The notes under the pieces were generated by a model, which had not been told where the DNA came from, made no database searches, and saw nothing but the letters and a program-made list of their open reading frames with translations. DNA of 62,689 nt, the filler included, from Dugesia japonica (taxonomy: Eukaryota), in assembly GCA_001938525.1 (NCBI GenBank). It is 5 parts of 5 records of this genome, joined end to end, with 100 filler letters (N's around TTAATTAATTAA, not from the genome) between each part and the next. Parts side by side here need not be neighbours in the genome. Positions count along the whole stretch, not along the records: positions 32,969 to 42,799 come from MQRL01636163.1; positions 42,900 to 52,008 come from MQRL01471548.1; positions 52,109 to 62,689 come from MQRL01499319.1; 2 more parts are not named here. One strand, 5' to 3'. Below, one piece after another: positions 41,171-53,132 of the stretch. The position numbers and the translations under genes were made by a program. The stretch's first letter is position 1. Each line of letters begins with the position of its first letter.

Positions 41171-41950
41171 CGTTATTTAGTATACATATGTGTATTTTTT
41201 TTAATAAATAATTTTTACAAAAAAACATTTAACGCTTCGAAAAGATGCGAAAATTTATTTTTAGATTTCAATGGAGTGAATCTCTAAAAGGCGAAGAAAT
41301 ATTGATATAAAACTGAAAAAAAATAATTATAAATTGTCTGTAAATATTATAGAAAATAAACTTAAAACATTCAATTATTTTTCATTTTGCTTATCCCCGT
41401 CTCTCAATGTGTTGACAACTACATTCTTGCTGCAATTGCGATTTTTTCAATGATTTTTATTTAATAATGTCTGAGTTTGATTTTTTAGGAAAATATAGAA
41501 AATAAAAGAACAAAACAAGATGAAGAAAGTTAACTTAATAAATCTAATGAAGGTTTTTGGTTACCTAAGTAAATAATAATTGTTATCAAACCATTAATTA
41601 TTTATTATATATTACAATGAGAAAGATAAATAATATCTCTTCGTCAATACTGCACGTAAAATGTTTTATTAAAACAAACTAACTGTAAAAAGATGTTTGA
41701 AATTTTGATTGTTTTGCATATTCTCAATTCGGAAACACCAGAGAAAATAGATTTTGCCGAACAAGAAAATTTCAATCAAAGATTTTATGTTATTATTAGG
41801 GTAATTTTTTATTCTATACCTTAAATAATATACTTTTTATACATAAAAAATAAAACTTTATATTTTATGTATCTATAAAAATGTTATATTTCTAAATAAA
41901 AATTATAATGATAAAACCGATATTCATTGCAAAACTAAATATCGATCCTA

Positions 41951-42799
41951 GGCCAATTCTACTAAATCATTTCGACTAATACTCAATTCAACTAACACAT
42001 TTTGACTATTACTCCATTCAACTATTACTTTATTCGACTAAACATAATTTAACTACATTATTAATAATATTTCTAATATTACTCATTTACTAATATTCTT
42101 TTAATTGTTTTAAACCGGCTGTTTTAAGTAAGTTTTATTNNNNNNNNNNNNNNNNNNNNAAGTTATTTTAAGTATTTGATAATGGAATACGAAATTTTAA
42201 AAACTGAAAAGGGCAAAGAAAGCATATTGTCAAACGGATAAATTTCATTAAAATAAAATAAAGCTTCGATCAAAAGTAGCAAAAGTAGAAGCAAGTAAAA
42301 AAATATAACAATTGAGAAACCTATCCAAAACATCTATCATTGGAAATACGCAAGAAATATTAACACAAGCAGTTTCAACAGTTTCTAGTGAGATTAGTTA
42401 TTATATGCCACTGAAACGCTCCGTGCAACGTTATATCAGAAAAATACGCCAAAAAGCAATTATTGACTATATGCCTATTCCGTTAGTTTTACAAGATTTA
42501 ATTATACCGGAAAAATATAAATTTACTGATAAAGGTGACATATTTGTACTTAAGGATACAGGTTTCCAAAATCCAAATACTCCAAATCGCATAATTTTGA
42601 TGGCAACTAATGAAAATGTTAAAACTCTAAGACGCTACGAAGAATATTTTATGGATGGTACATTTAAATCTTGCCCCAAATTATTTGCTCAATTATAGGT
42701 GATTCATGGCTTATATGAAGGTGTTCCGTTACCTTTAATGTATGCACTATTATGCAATAAATCTACTGAAAGCTATAAAAATTTATTCAAGTTATTACA
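41951..42799 (+). mobile_element. Mutator-like (MULE) transposon, left end and transposase fragment
   Basis: YFMDGTFKSCPKLFAQL*VIHG..PLMYALLCNKSTESY. The terminus has tandem (ttc/g)actaa subrepeats at 41951-42090. Confidence 0.85.
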
Positions 42800-44094
42800 N
42801 NNNNNNNNNNNNNNNNNNNNNNNNNNNNNNNNNNNNNNNNNNNTTAATTAATTAANNNNNNNNNNNNNNNNNNNNNNNNNNNNNNNNNNNNNNNNNNNNG
42901 AATTTCTTGGTATTCTATAAAAAAAGTAAATTCTTGTTTTTGAATAAAGTTGTGTTCAAATATTTTTGGAATATTATCAACCATGACATATATTTCGAAA
43001 AATGAAATATCACAATATCCTTGAATTATAAAATATGCTTTTTCTGTTGACCTATTTTAACGAAAATAAAGTTCTAATGGTTTTTCAAGGAAATAATATT
43101 TCATTGAGTTATCATTCTTTTTTGAGATTGGATTAATTATTTTTCCTTTTCTTTTTATTTTAAATGGTGGTATTAAACCATAATAACTTGGTAAATCATT
43201 CTTTACAATAAAAGTGGTTAATAAAAATATTAATACCTTATTATGCTAACCATAACTTTTTAAAATAAGAAATTGTAAATAATTATCAATTATTTCTTTA
43301 ATTTTGTTTAATAAATCTTGTTTAAAAAGTTTTTCTACTGATGATTGTTTTTTTATTTTATCAATGTAATCATTAACTTCTTTAACGCGATCAATATGAA
43401 GATCTTTCTTTATTTTAATAAATTCTTTTTTTAAAGAAATTAAAGGATCATTTAACATTTAATTATTAAAATTTATTTTGTAATTTAATTTTCACAATTT
43501 GGAATTAATTTTATTAAATTTTTCAGAAGAACAATTACTTGTTAGGTTTGTTATTTTTTGTTCAACTTCTACAAGTTTATCATTAATATTTTTATTGGGA
43601 TTATTTGGAGAAAAAATCATTCATTTTATTTATTTATTTTAATAATTAAATCACTTTTAGTTTTAATCCATTGATTATTATTTTTCAAAAGTTGTTGAAT
43701 ATAAATATTTTGATCATTTACTTCTTTTTTAAATCAATAACTTGTTTTTCTAATTTAGTAAAATATTTTAAATTAACTGCATCAAATTCATTTTTAGGAT
43801 CATTAATAATTTTCAAGCAAGTAATTAAATCTCCACTTTCATTGACAAGACTTTATTTTTGATTTGAATTTTGATAATTAAAAATATATTTATTATTTTT
43901 CGAGACTCGTGCGTCTCCAAAATTATTAATTATTTCATTTTTTAGGAATTTTGCGACTTCATCTTTCATTAATATTTCTATATCTAAATTTAAAAAATCA
44001 GCCATAGAATACAAATCAAAATTAGTTATAGTATTTATTTCAAACGTTTTTAGAAAATCTAAAATCATATACGACTTTACGTAGGACATTTTCT

Positions 44095-44744
44095 TATTTG
44101 AACTAATAAAGAAATAGTTTGGCCATTAAAATCTATTGGATTATTATTTTCATCTACAACACTAAATTTTAAAGAATCAATATATTTAGAGTTTAATCTT
44201 GAATAAATTGAAGGGTAAAGTCTTTCTTAAATTTTATAACCAAAACCTACAGTATTTACATGAAAAGAATATATTTGATGGAGTAGCATGTCCGTTGGAA
44301 TTAATATAATTACCTTTAACAAAACTACAAGTTATATTTATCATATTCATATTTAAAATATCATTATTATTTTCAAAATAATATTTTCCTGATAAATTTT
44401 CTTTTGGTGAAAAACCTAAGATTGTATGAACAAAATATTTATCATCAAATTTGATTGTATGTTTTGTTGTTAAATTACATTTTGTTATTGAAAGATCTGG
44501 TGTAACTTCTATTCCATAATCATTTAATTTATTAGATATTTCTTTAATTTCATTATCACCAAGATCAATGGATTTTTGTTCTTTATTAAAAATAAAAGTA
44601 TTATTTTTACGAGTAACATTAAAAATTATATTATAACAACTAAAATACAATAAACCGATTTCATATTCAGAATCTAAATCTATTGGAAATTTTAAATCAA
44701 CTTCTAAATTAGATTCTTGTTCAACAACTAAAAATTGATGAGAA
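44095..44744 (-). pseudogene. Maverick minor capsid (penton-like) protein
   Basis: FPIDLDSEYEIGLLYFSCYNIIFNVTRKNNTF, NMINITCSFVKGNYIN and IDSLKFSVVDEKNNPIDFNGQTISLLVQIRK. Confidence 0.75.
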
Positions 44745-45627
44745 ATTTTATTTAACTAAAATATTTATTTTTATAAACATTATATTTGTCTTGTGAAATT
44801 AATTCTTGGTCTAATAATTCTTGACAAACAGATTTAATTTTTTTGTGTAAATTATTATAACCAGCTTTTACTGCTGAAATTAATAATGTTAATCTTTCAA
44901 GCAAATTTATTATATCACTTTCAGCCTGAGCTTCTAAAAGTCGCGAGTTACTACGAGCTCGCATTCGCTTGCGACTTTCAGAAGCTTCATGATCTTTTTA
45001 ATCTTTACCTTTAATTTCTTTTTCAACAAGACCTCGCGATTGGAAGGAGCTTCTATTTTAAACTTAGGTATTTTTGTGGTTTTTTTCCAGTTAAAAATTT
45101 ACAATAATCAGATCTATGATAAACTGTAATATTAAATTTATTTAAATAAATATCTTTTGCTTCTGGATCATTACTTCCATTTCCTAAAATTAAATTCATT
45201 ACTTTTTCAGAATAAGGAATTAGTTCTTGGTTATTTAAAAAGTATTTCTTTCCATTTTCTTCAAATAAACATATTACTGTTTGTTATCCTTTAAGATTAG
45301 AATAAATTATTCTTTGAAAGCTTTTAGCAGAAATAACTTCTGTATCAAATAAATGTCTAATTATTGGAGATTTTAAAATTCAGTATTTAAAAAAGTACTT
45401 GAAAAAATGGTATTCTATTTTCAAAAGGACTTTTAAATTGTGAATCAAGTTTCCAATCCGGTTTTGTACTTAATTTTTCAATAGCTTTAATAGTAGATTG
45501 TTGTTTCAAAGTTAAAGTATCTTGTAAAGTTTTTTATTCAATTACATTATCACTAAATAAAGTATTAAACTTATCTTAATTCTTTCAAAAGTTATATTCT
45601 TGCAGATATTTCTTCGTTGTTCATTTT

Positions 45628-46156
45628 ATTTAGGACTATGCAAAAGTTTTAAATATAAACCATCACATTTTACTTTAACTTGTATTCCATTTTTATAGTT
45701 TTTACTAATAATCTTTTATTCTGAGTTTGGCAATCGAATTTTAAACTATTTATGAATTGCACTTCTTTGATAAGGTTTTAAATATAATCCTGAACCATTT
45801 TTATTTTCTAAACCTTCTTTTTCCAATTTTTCTATTTGAATTAATTTTTCTTTTTTCTGTAATTCAACTAATTCAGTTTCTTACTGTTTTTTGATTGCAT
45901 CTCTATAATAGCTTACAGTTGAAGCTATTCCAGAAGCTGTTCCAGCAACAGCAGCAGTTGTTATACCAGCTATTATCCCAGGAATTAATCCTAATAAAAG
46001 AAATAATTCACCTTCATGTTCTTTACCTAATTTCTTTTTTTATTTCTTCTTAAACTTTATTACCAATAAAATAGTTTTTACCATTAATTTTTATAGATTT
46101 ACATTTATTTGAATTTACCAAATCAATTAATTCTTGTTCTGATACTGAAGACATTT
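45628..46156 (-). pseudogene. Maverick small virion protein with a hydrophobic Gly/Ala-rich segment
   Basis: EGELFLLLGLIPGIIAGITTAAVAGTASGIASTV followed by GSGLYLKPY and DGLYLK repeats. Confidence 0.6.
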
Positions 46157-47574
46157 TATTTAAAAAAATAATATGACTACTAACTAGATTTTTAAAATGA
46201 CTAACCAATTTGAAAAACTTGATAAACAATATTCACTTATTAAAAGTTATTTATCTAATGATACTTACGCAATTATAATTCTTCAAAAGTGTTTTAAATA
46301 TATTATTTGTAATATTGTTACAAATATTAATGAAAAAGAGCTAATACAAACTAAAGGTGAAGTTGAAACTAAAATTGAAACTGAAAGTTAAGTTAAAGAA
46401 AAGGGTTCAGTCCTAATTGAAAATGTAAAACCTCAAACAAATTATAATCTTACATTTACAGAAGATCCTAACCCGTACCATTGATAGTGAAGAAGAATTT
46501 ACAGTAATTCATGTAAATCCAAAAGTTGAAGAAAAAGTTGTTTCAAGAATTAATCCAAGTTGTATAGCTCGAAATTCAAAATATGATGTTACTTTTTCAG
46601 GTGATGGTGAAATAATTTATAAACTAAGTGTTATTGAATCAGAATCTGAAGTTGAAATTAAACATAAATCAAAAAAATTAAACAAAATGTAATTGAATCT
46701 AAATCAAAACCTAAATTAGAAAAAAAACAAAAACTTGAAAGTGGGGTTGAATCAGAATCTGAAAGTGAAGTTAAGAATGAAGTTGATTCTGAAGTTCATT
46801 TTCAAAAACCAGACCTTTAGTAAAAGGAATTTTTCTAACACGAGAAGAAAACGATGTTATCGAAAGAGTAAAAATTGATAGAAGTGAATTTATTTCAATT
46901 GAAAATGATGATGAAATATTAGAAAAACAAAACAACAAACTAACATTTAAACAAGAATCTTTTAGATCACTTAATTATGAATTAAATCCAGCTAAAGGTT
47001 TGACTGTTTATGAAATGTCAAATGATAGTTATAGTTTATTTGACAAGAAAAGAATTTCATTAGAAATTAATTATTGGAATGATGGGATAAATAAAAGTAA
47101 GCAAATAAGTTTAATTAGTTATTCTAATGTAAGTAAGTTGTTAATTTTATTAAAAAAATTAATTTAATCGGAATAATGATTTCTTGGATTATTTATCAGG
47201 ACAAGAATTTCATTATTCAATAAAATATATACACAAATTAATTAAATTTATTAATTAAGTTGATAAGTTTCCAAAAACAATAACAAGTAAATTTTCCTTT
47301 TAATAAATTCATATACATTTTAAATTAATCGAAAAAACTGTAAATAAATATACTAAAGAAGAACAAATGTAATCCGAAGGTGAATTAGAATAATTGAATA
47401 TTTTAAACTTGTAATTAAAAATCTCAAAAAGTGACGTCCGCGGACGTCAAAAATTAAAAATCTCTAAATTAAAATCCAAAACAATAATTCCTCTCTTTCA
47501 ATTCAACTAAATTCTAATCTTAATACAATTCAATTAAACTCAATTCATCTTTCACCTCAATACCTCATTCGATT

Positions 47575-48327
47575 CACCTCCTCCTCAAAAAAATCTGCCA
47601 TTAAAACATAGGCTTCGCTATCTTAATAATAATAATTATACTTAGTTTTCCAATGAAAATTTACTTGATAATCATATTCCATTTTACTTGAAAATATATT
47701 ACTAAATAAATCATAATAAACATTATCTTTATCTGTTTTATTTAATTTTAAAAATATAAAGCAATTAAAATTAATTTTTATAGAGTTCTTATCCAAGTGA
47801 AAATAAGTTTGAGAAATATAAATTACATTACAATTTACATGTCTTCCTCTAGTAAAATAACTTTTTGAATTTCTTGATATTTTACATTTACAATATCATC
47901 AAAAATTATTAAATTCTTTTTTGCTTAGATAATTTATCACAAAAAATAATTTCATTTGGTTTATTAATTAGAACTACATTAATAGATCTTGGTTTATTTG
48001 ACAAGTACTTTTTTTCTATAAACCATTGAATAATTTGTAATGGAGATATTAAGGAACCAGGAACTAGGTTTTGATGTTCAAAAATAATATCTTTTTTTGT
48101 TAATCCATTTTCAAAACCATGGTAAACCAATTGTGATTCAAATTAATTTATAGTTGTAGAATAAATTATCAAGTGATCATAATCTAAAAACTCTGGAGTT
48201 AATACCATTTTCATTTACAAAAGATTTTTACCTGATCCTGAAGAACCAATTAATAATAATCTAAAATTAAATGGAAAGATTTTATTAATAAATGTTTTTT
48301 ATTTTCATTCCAGATTAACGTAGACAT
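47575..48327 (-). pseudogene. Maverick DNA-packaging ATPase (A32/FtsK-HerA family)
   Basis: FRLLLIGSSGSGK (Walker A), IIFDD (Walker B) and FTRGRHVNCNVIYISQTYF (arginine finger and motif C), with internal stops. Confidence 0.88.
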
Positions 48328-48332
48328 TTTTT

Positions 48333-48612
48333 ATTTCATTGAACTTAGAAAAAGCTTCGATCAAAATAAAATGTATTTGTAAAAAGGTTTATTTATATCG
48401 ATTTTATCGATAAAATTTAAAGAATTGGGTAACAAAGATTTTTTGTATTGAATATATCAAGAAGCCAATATGTTCCTGAAGAAGACTATTGTCGAGAATT
48501 TGAACCTTTTTACAAATACATTATATTTTGATCGAAGCTTTTTCTTAGTTTAATGAAATCTCAAATGCGATCAATGGTTAAGTCCAACAGTTATTCTCAC
48601 AATAATTGTAAT
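48333..48612 (+). mobile_element. Hammerhead-bearing Penelope-pLTR/retrozyme-like insertion with inverted 5' segment
   Basis: 48333-48389 is the reverse complement of 48503-48559. HHR-like gttcCTGAAGAaGACtattGTCGAgAatttgaac at 48472-48505; 3' hairpin tail at ~48585-48610. Confidence 0.65.
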
Positions 48613-49129
48613 ATAAAAGCAGACATTTTTATTTAAAAAAAATTAAAATTTATTATTTTCATAATGGGAAATTAGTATATCATCAAGAGAATGTTCTATT
48701 TTTATTTTTTCTGTACTATCTTTCATTTAAGATTTATTTAGCTTATTTAATACTAAATTTAATATACTTATACTCTATAGATCCATATTAGTAAAATTAA
48801 AAATTTTGAAATAGTTGATGGCTACTTGGATACTTTTTCAAATGGCATATTTTTATATTTATCTCTAACACTATCTACAATTTTCCACCTCCAAAACAAC
48901 TCTGGTGAATTTTCTATGTTTTTCTTTTTTTAAATAAGTCTCTTTGGGCTTGTTTTTTCTTTTTTTTTAATTCTTGTTTTTAATTTTTCTTTATCAGTTT
49001 CAATTAATGGGTCCTCTTTCAAGGCTTCTTTTAAAGTACCTTTTAAAATAAATTGAAAAGAATTATTAACCATTATTATCAATTTATTAAATTAAAATTT
49101 TTAAAACAGTTTTCTGAAGTTCATTACTA

Positions 49130-49600
49130 TAAAATCTACCAAGAATCTTTTCATTTTCTAAATAAGTAATTCCATAAGTGAAATGATTTTGTTTTATAAA
49201 CGTGGGTTACTACAAATATTTCATTTGTACATTTAGCTGTAAAACCTTTTTCAAATTTATATTTAAATTTAAAGATTCTAACTCGATCACCAATTTTAAA
49301 TTTGTTTTTCTTTTATAAAATCCTTTTCGTGATTATGATCTTTGATTATTTCTTTTATTTTATCTGAATTTTCACTAGAATCTTTTGAAGTTTTTCTTAT
49401 ACTAGAATGAAATGTATTATTATATTCATTGATAATTTTATCTATTCCATTTTTGATTTCCAACTAATCTAAAATAGATGATAGAATTGGTTCATGACAT
49501 TTTACTGCTAAAAATAAAGATTTTATTTGGTTTTCATATTTCTCTACAATTTTTTAGAAAAAGAATTGATTAAAAAATCTTTATTTCATCGATCGCTTTT
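49130..49600 (-). pseudogene. Maverick retroviral-like integrase, C-terminal part
   Basis: IINEYNNTFHSSIRKT and NKFKIGDRVRIFKFKYKFEKGFTAKCTNEIFVV. Confidence 0.85.
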
Positions 49601-50027
49601 TATTGGCTGAAATTATGAATTAATAATTATTTCCTTATGTAAATAATAAAGGCCTATGGCTGCTTAAATTCCGCGATGTTAAATTTCCCCAAAACTTTTA
49701 TACGCAAACTTTAAAACATTGTCAAATTAAAAATTAAACATAGATTAACTTGAAGCATATATAAGATTTTTAATATTTCTATAAATAAATTGTTTCTTAC
49801 TCAGCGTTTTACACAATTTACACACATATTATTCAATTTAGTTTGCTAAAGTTTTTTTTACAAGTTATCCATAATAGATAGTGTATTTTGTCAGACAATT
49901 TTGCTATTTTAAACCACCAGCTGCATTTATTAATATTATTGAAATATTTTATTTTCTCTAAATCTGTATTAAAATCTAGACATTCTTTAAATTGAGATCC
50001 TTACAATTCATTAAGTTTTAGATAAAA

Positions 50028-50900
50028 TTAGCTGACAGTACGCAATATTCGTCCAATAGCTTGATTATTCCTTAACCACCTAACCCTGAGACCGCATACA
50101 TGTAATTCTTCGTACAACTGTCTGTCAGTTCTTTCCAAGTTCTGACGTGCTGTTTGACAATAAAATCGAATCTTCTGTTTTTCTTGAGGTATAGAGACTG
50201 CTTGAGAGTAGTTTAAATATCCAATAGCAGCTTTATAAATTCTGAAGAAAAATACCGATTTGATATCAACAAATGTTTCATACGCATCCAAGTTATCCCA
50301 CGGGTGCAAAGAGCTTTTGCTAATCTTTAGAATTGAATTTTCACATTTCTTTTAAATTTTGTCTTCTTATAATTTCAAGATATTTATAAGCATCGTTTTC
50401 ATCATTGTCGATATTGCGGATGCAGGCAACCAAAGAAAAAAATGAAACCAATGAGCAAACTATAACTAAAGATAATAAATATAACGATCTTATGGGAAAA
50501 ACTGTGAATTGAGATGAAGGAGATGAATTAATTAAAATTTGATACCAAACCCATAAAACTGGTACTAAAACCCAGAAAAATAGTTTAATAATAACAAGAA
50601 AAACAGTACTTGATGAGAAACAGTATGAATTGTTCCAGAACTTATACATAGATATTAGGGAAAAAATTCCCGGGTTAGTAATTCTCGAGTAATTGTATTC
50701 TCAAATAGATAAACGAAAAGTTAACATATTTGGAATCAGAGATACTCATTGATTTCTAAAATTCAAGAGTATTGCCAGTTTTCCAGCTACCAAGATGATT
50801 TTAAAACATTCATTTATAACACGACTTAAGGGTTTTAAAAGGTAAGTATGTAAGTAATGAAAAATAACATAATAAAAAGACTGAATTAAAAAACAGGTTC
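50028..50900 (-). mobile_element. Degenerate REL-type non-LTR retrotransposon (R2/NeSL/Utopia/R4-like) RT-thumb fragment
   Basis: ENDAYKYLEI (cf. YKYLG) followed by KISKSSLHPWDNLDAYETFV (cf. LxPWQKxDAxxTF). Confidence 0.55.
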
Positions 50901-53093
50901 ATTATTTGGTTAAGAGTAGATAAACCTGATCATTTGAGTTAGTTTTGTAGCTTTAGATGTGATTCAAATATATCTTAATTTTAACTGTGACTTACGCAAA
51001 AGTTATTTTAGTCATATCATAAACCGTAAAGAGTGATATTGAGAAAAAATCAATAAAAAGAAGTTTAAGCAAACTTTTATTTATTATTTCATTAAAATAA
51101 AGAAAACGCTTCGATCAATGTAAAATGTAATTTTATAGAAATTCGACTTTTAGACATTTTTCTTCTTCAGGAATGATCATTAATAAAATGTGATCAATGG
51201 TTAAGTCCTATAATTACTCTCAAAATAATTGTATTTTCTTTTGTAGTTTATCAATAAAAATTGAATTCAACACTTTCATTTGATAAAGGAAATTCATTTA
51301 TTCCGGAAAGTAATTTACGGTTCCAAAGATTTCAGATTAGACAAGCTTGACTGGAGTTGGAAATAAAATTATTGAATTTTAAAATGGTTTAGAAATTTAC
51401 TTTGTTTCAACTCTTTTATTAAAGAAAAATAATTTTCGTTAATTCAATTTACTAAATAGGCAATTAAATATTTCATTGGTGTTATTATCCCAGTTAAATT
51501 GTAAATTGAAACATTTAAATTTGCTTTTTTCACAGAATTTCTCTGTAGAAAAAATCCTCATGTTTTGTGAAATTGAAAGTGACATATTACAAATGATCTC
51601 CTTGAACCAATTAGATTCAGTGTAAAAAGAAGTATATTTATATAATTATGAACGACATATTGTATTCCATGATTTAAATGGTACAATTCATCTTTTAAAA
51701 ATGTCTGAAAAATTATAATTCATCATCTAAATTAAACTAATAATAATTAGTCATAATAACTAATTTAACAAACTTAATAATAATATTAATAATTATTATT
51801 ATTATATTATTATAATTATTATTATTATATTATTATAATAATTATTATTACATATTAATAATAATAATTATTATTATAAAGTTTTCAAACAGCAAACACT
51901 ACTATTGATTACTTAGAATAATTCATGTAACTTTTGCATATTTAAAGGATTTATGAATATATTAGTTTGTTCGGAAAGTTACTTTGTTTAAATATATTAG
52001 TTGATTTGNNNNNNNNNNNNNNNNNNNNNNNNNNNNNNNNNNNNNNNNNNNNTTAATTAATTAANNNNNNNNNNNNNNNNNNNNNNNNNNNNNNNNNNNN
52101 NNNNNNNNTATTCAGATTTATGTGACGATTATCTTTTATTGTTAGGAATTTTGATTGAAGTTTAAATTCGAAAGCTTTTTTGGTTGATTATTGATGAGTG
52201 TCGAGGATATTATTTGTAATGTTTTTTTCCTATTTGTCCAAATTTAGAAGTTCTTGTAGCTATGGACGCTTTGTGTTCATCGAACCCATCATATTATTAC
52301 TTGTTAAGATTTTGTTTGGTAAGTTATTGTTCAGTTTGTTTTAGAAATCCAACACAAGTATCTGCAGAAATAGTCTGAAAATAGTTTTAAAATAAATAAG
52401 GAAAAATATATTCTGAAGTTAATNNNNNNNNNNNNNNNNNNNNNNNNNNNNNNNNNNNNNNNNNNNNNNNNNNNNNNNNNNATTGTTTAATAAAACTGAT
52501 GGAACACAAAACAAATGGAGATAAAGAGAAAAAGCAATGGAATTTGAAAACTAAGCATAAAATAATTAATAGGTGGACATACATATTGTATAATGAAATC
52601 CTAAATAATATGAACCAAATGAATAATTAAAGATTAGTAAAATTAGTAAATAAAAGATGAGAAAAATCTAACTTAAATATTTTTATAATATACAAAAAAC
52701 AACAAAGAATTAAATTGAATACGAATAATAATTACCTTTCGTTTTTCAAATAATGTAAATTTGGTTTTTTTTGTCTAAATTTACATATTAAAGTATGTGA
52801 TGCATATTTGTATGAACATCCCAAAGTTTAAGGCTTTTTGACATTCGCCTATTTCACCTGGAAATTTTTAGAGCATTTAAACCTGTATTAAAATCGTTAC
52901 TCATATGCATACTAAAATTCAATAAATAATTTGTTAACTTAAGAGCACGAATAAAATAATATTGAATTCATTTACGAGTTCAGTTAATAAATGAACTCAA
53001 TTATGGACTTTTAGTTAAAAAGAATCAATTAATAATTAATTCTACTCAAACAAATCGCCAAATATGATAAGATAAGACAAAAAAATTATCCTC

Positions 53094-53102
53094 TATATAT
53101 AA
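53094..53102 (+). promoter_or_regulatory. Candidate TATA box of the small peptide gene
   Basis: TATATATAA about 35 nt upstream of ATG 53133; weak evidence in such AT-rich DNA. Confidence 0.35.
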
Positions 53103-53132
53103 TTCAATCGAGTTTCAAAACATTATTATAAA

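Larger units (their letters stand above)
42900..49600 (-). mobile_element. Degraded Maverick/Polinton (adintovirus-like endogenous virus) segment
   Basis: Compact intronless gene array with integrase, A32-like packaging ATPase, a hydrophobic GA-rich protein, an ERLxLL..KAG ORF and a minor capsid gene. All carry stops or frameshifts. No pPolB, major capsid gene or TIR recognised. Confidence 0.88.

Noticed and set aside
50028-50309. Penelope GIY-YIG endonuclease as autonomous partner of the ribozyme repeats
   Set aside because: Motifs fit a REL-type non-LTR RT thumb better; no GIY/YIG motifs are present.
51240-51720. Possible further Maverick gene (pPolB or capsid)
   Set aside because: Coding-like composition but no motif recognised.
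52109-52920. Minus-strand gene divergent from the peptide gene
   Set aside because: Splice-like sites exist, but I could not assemble a stop-free exon chain.
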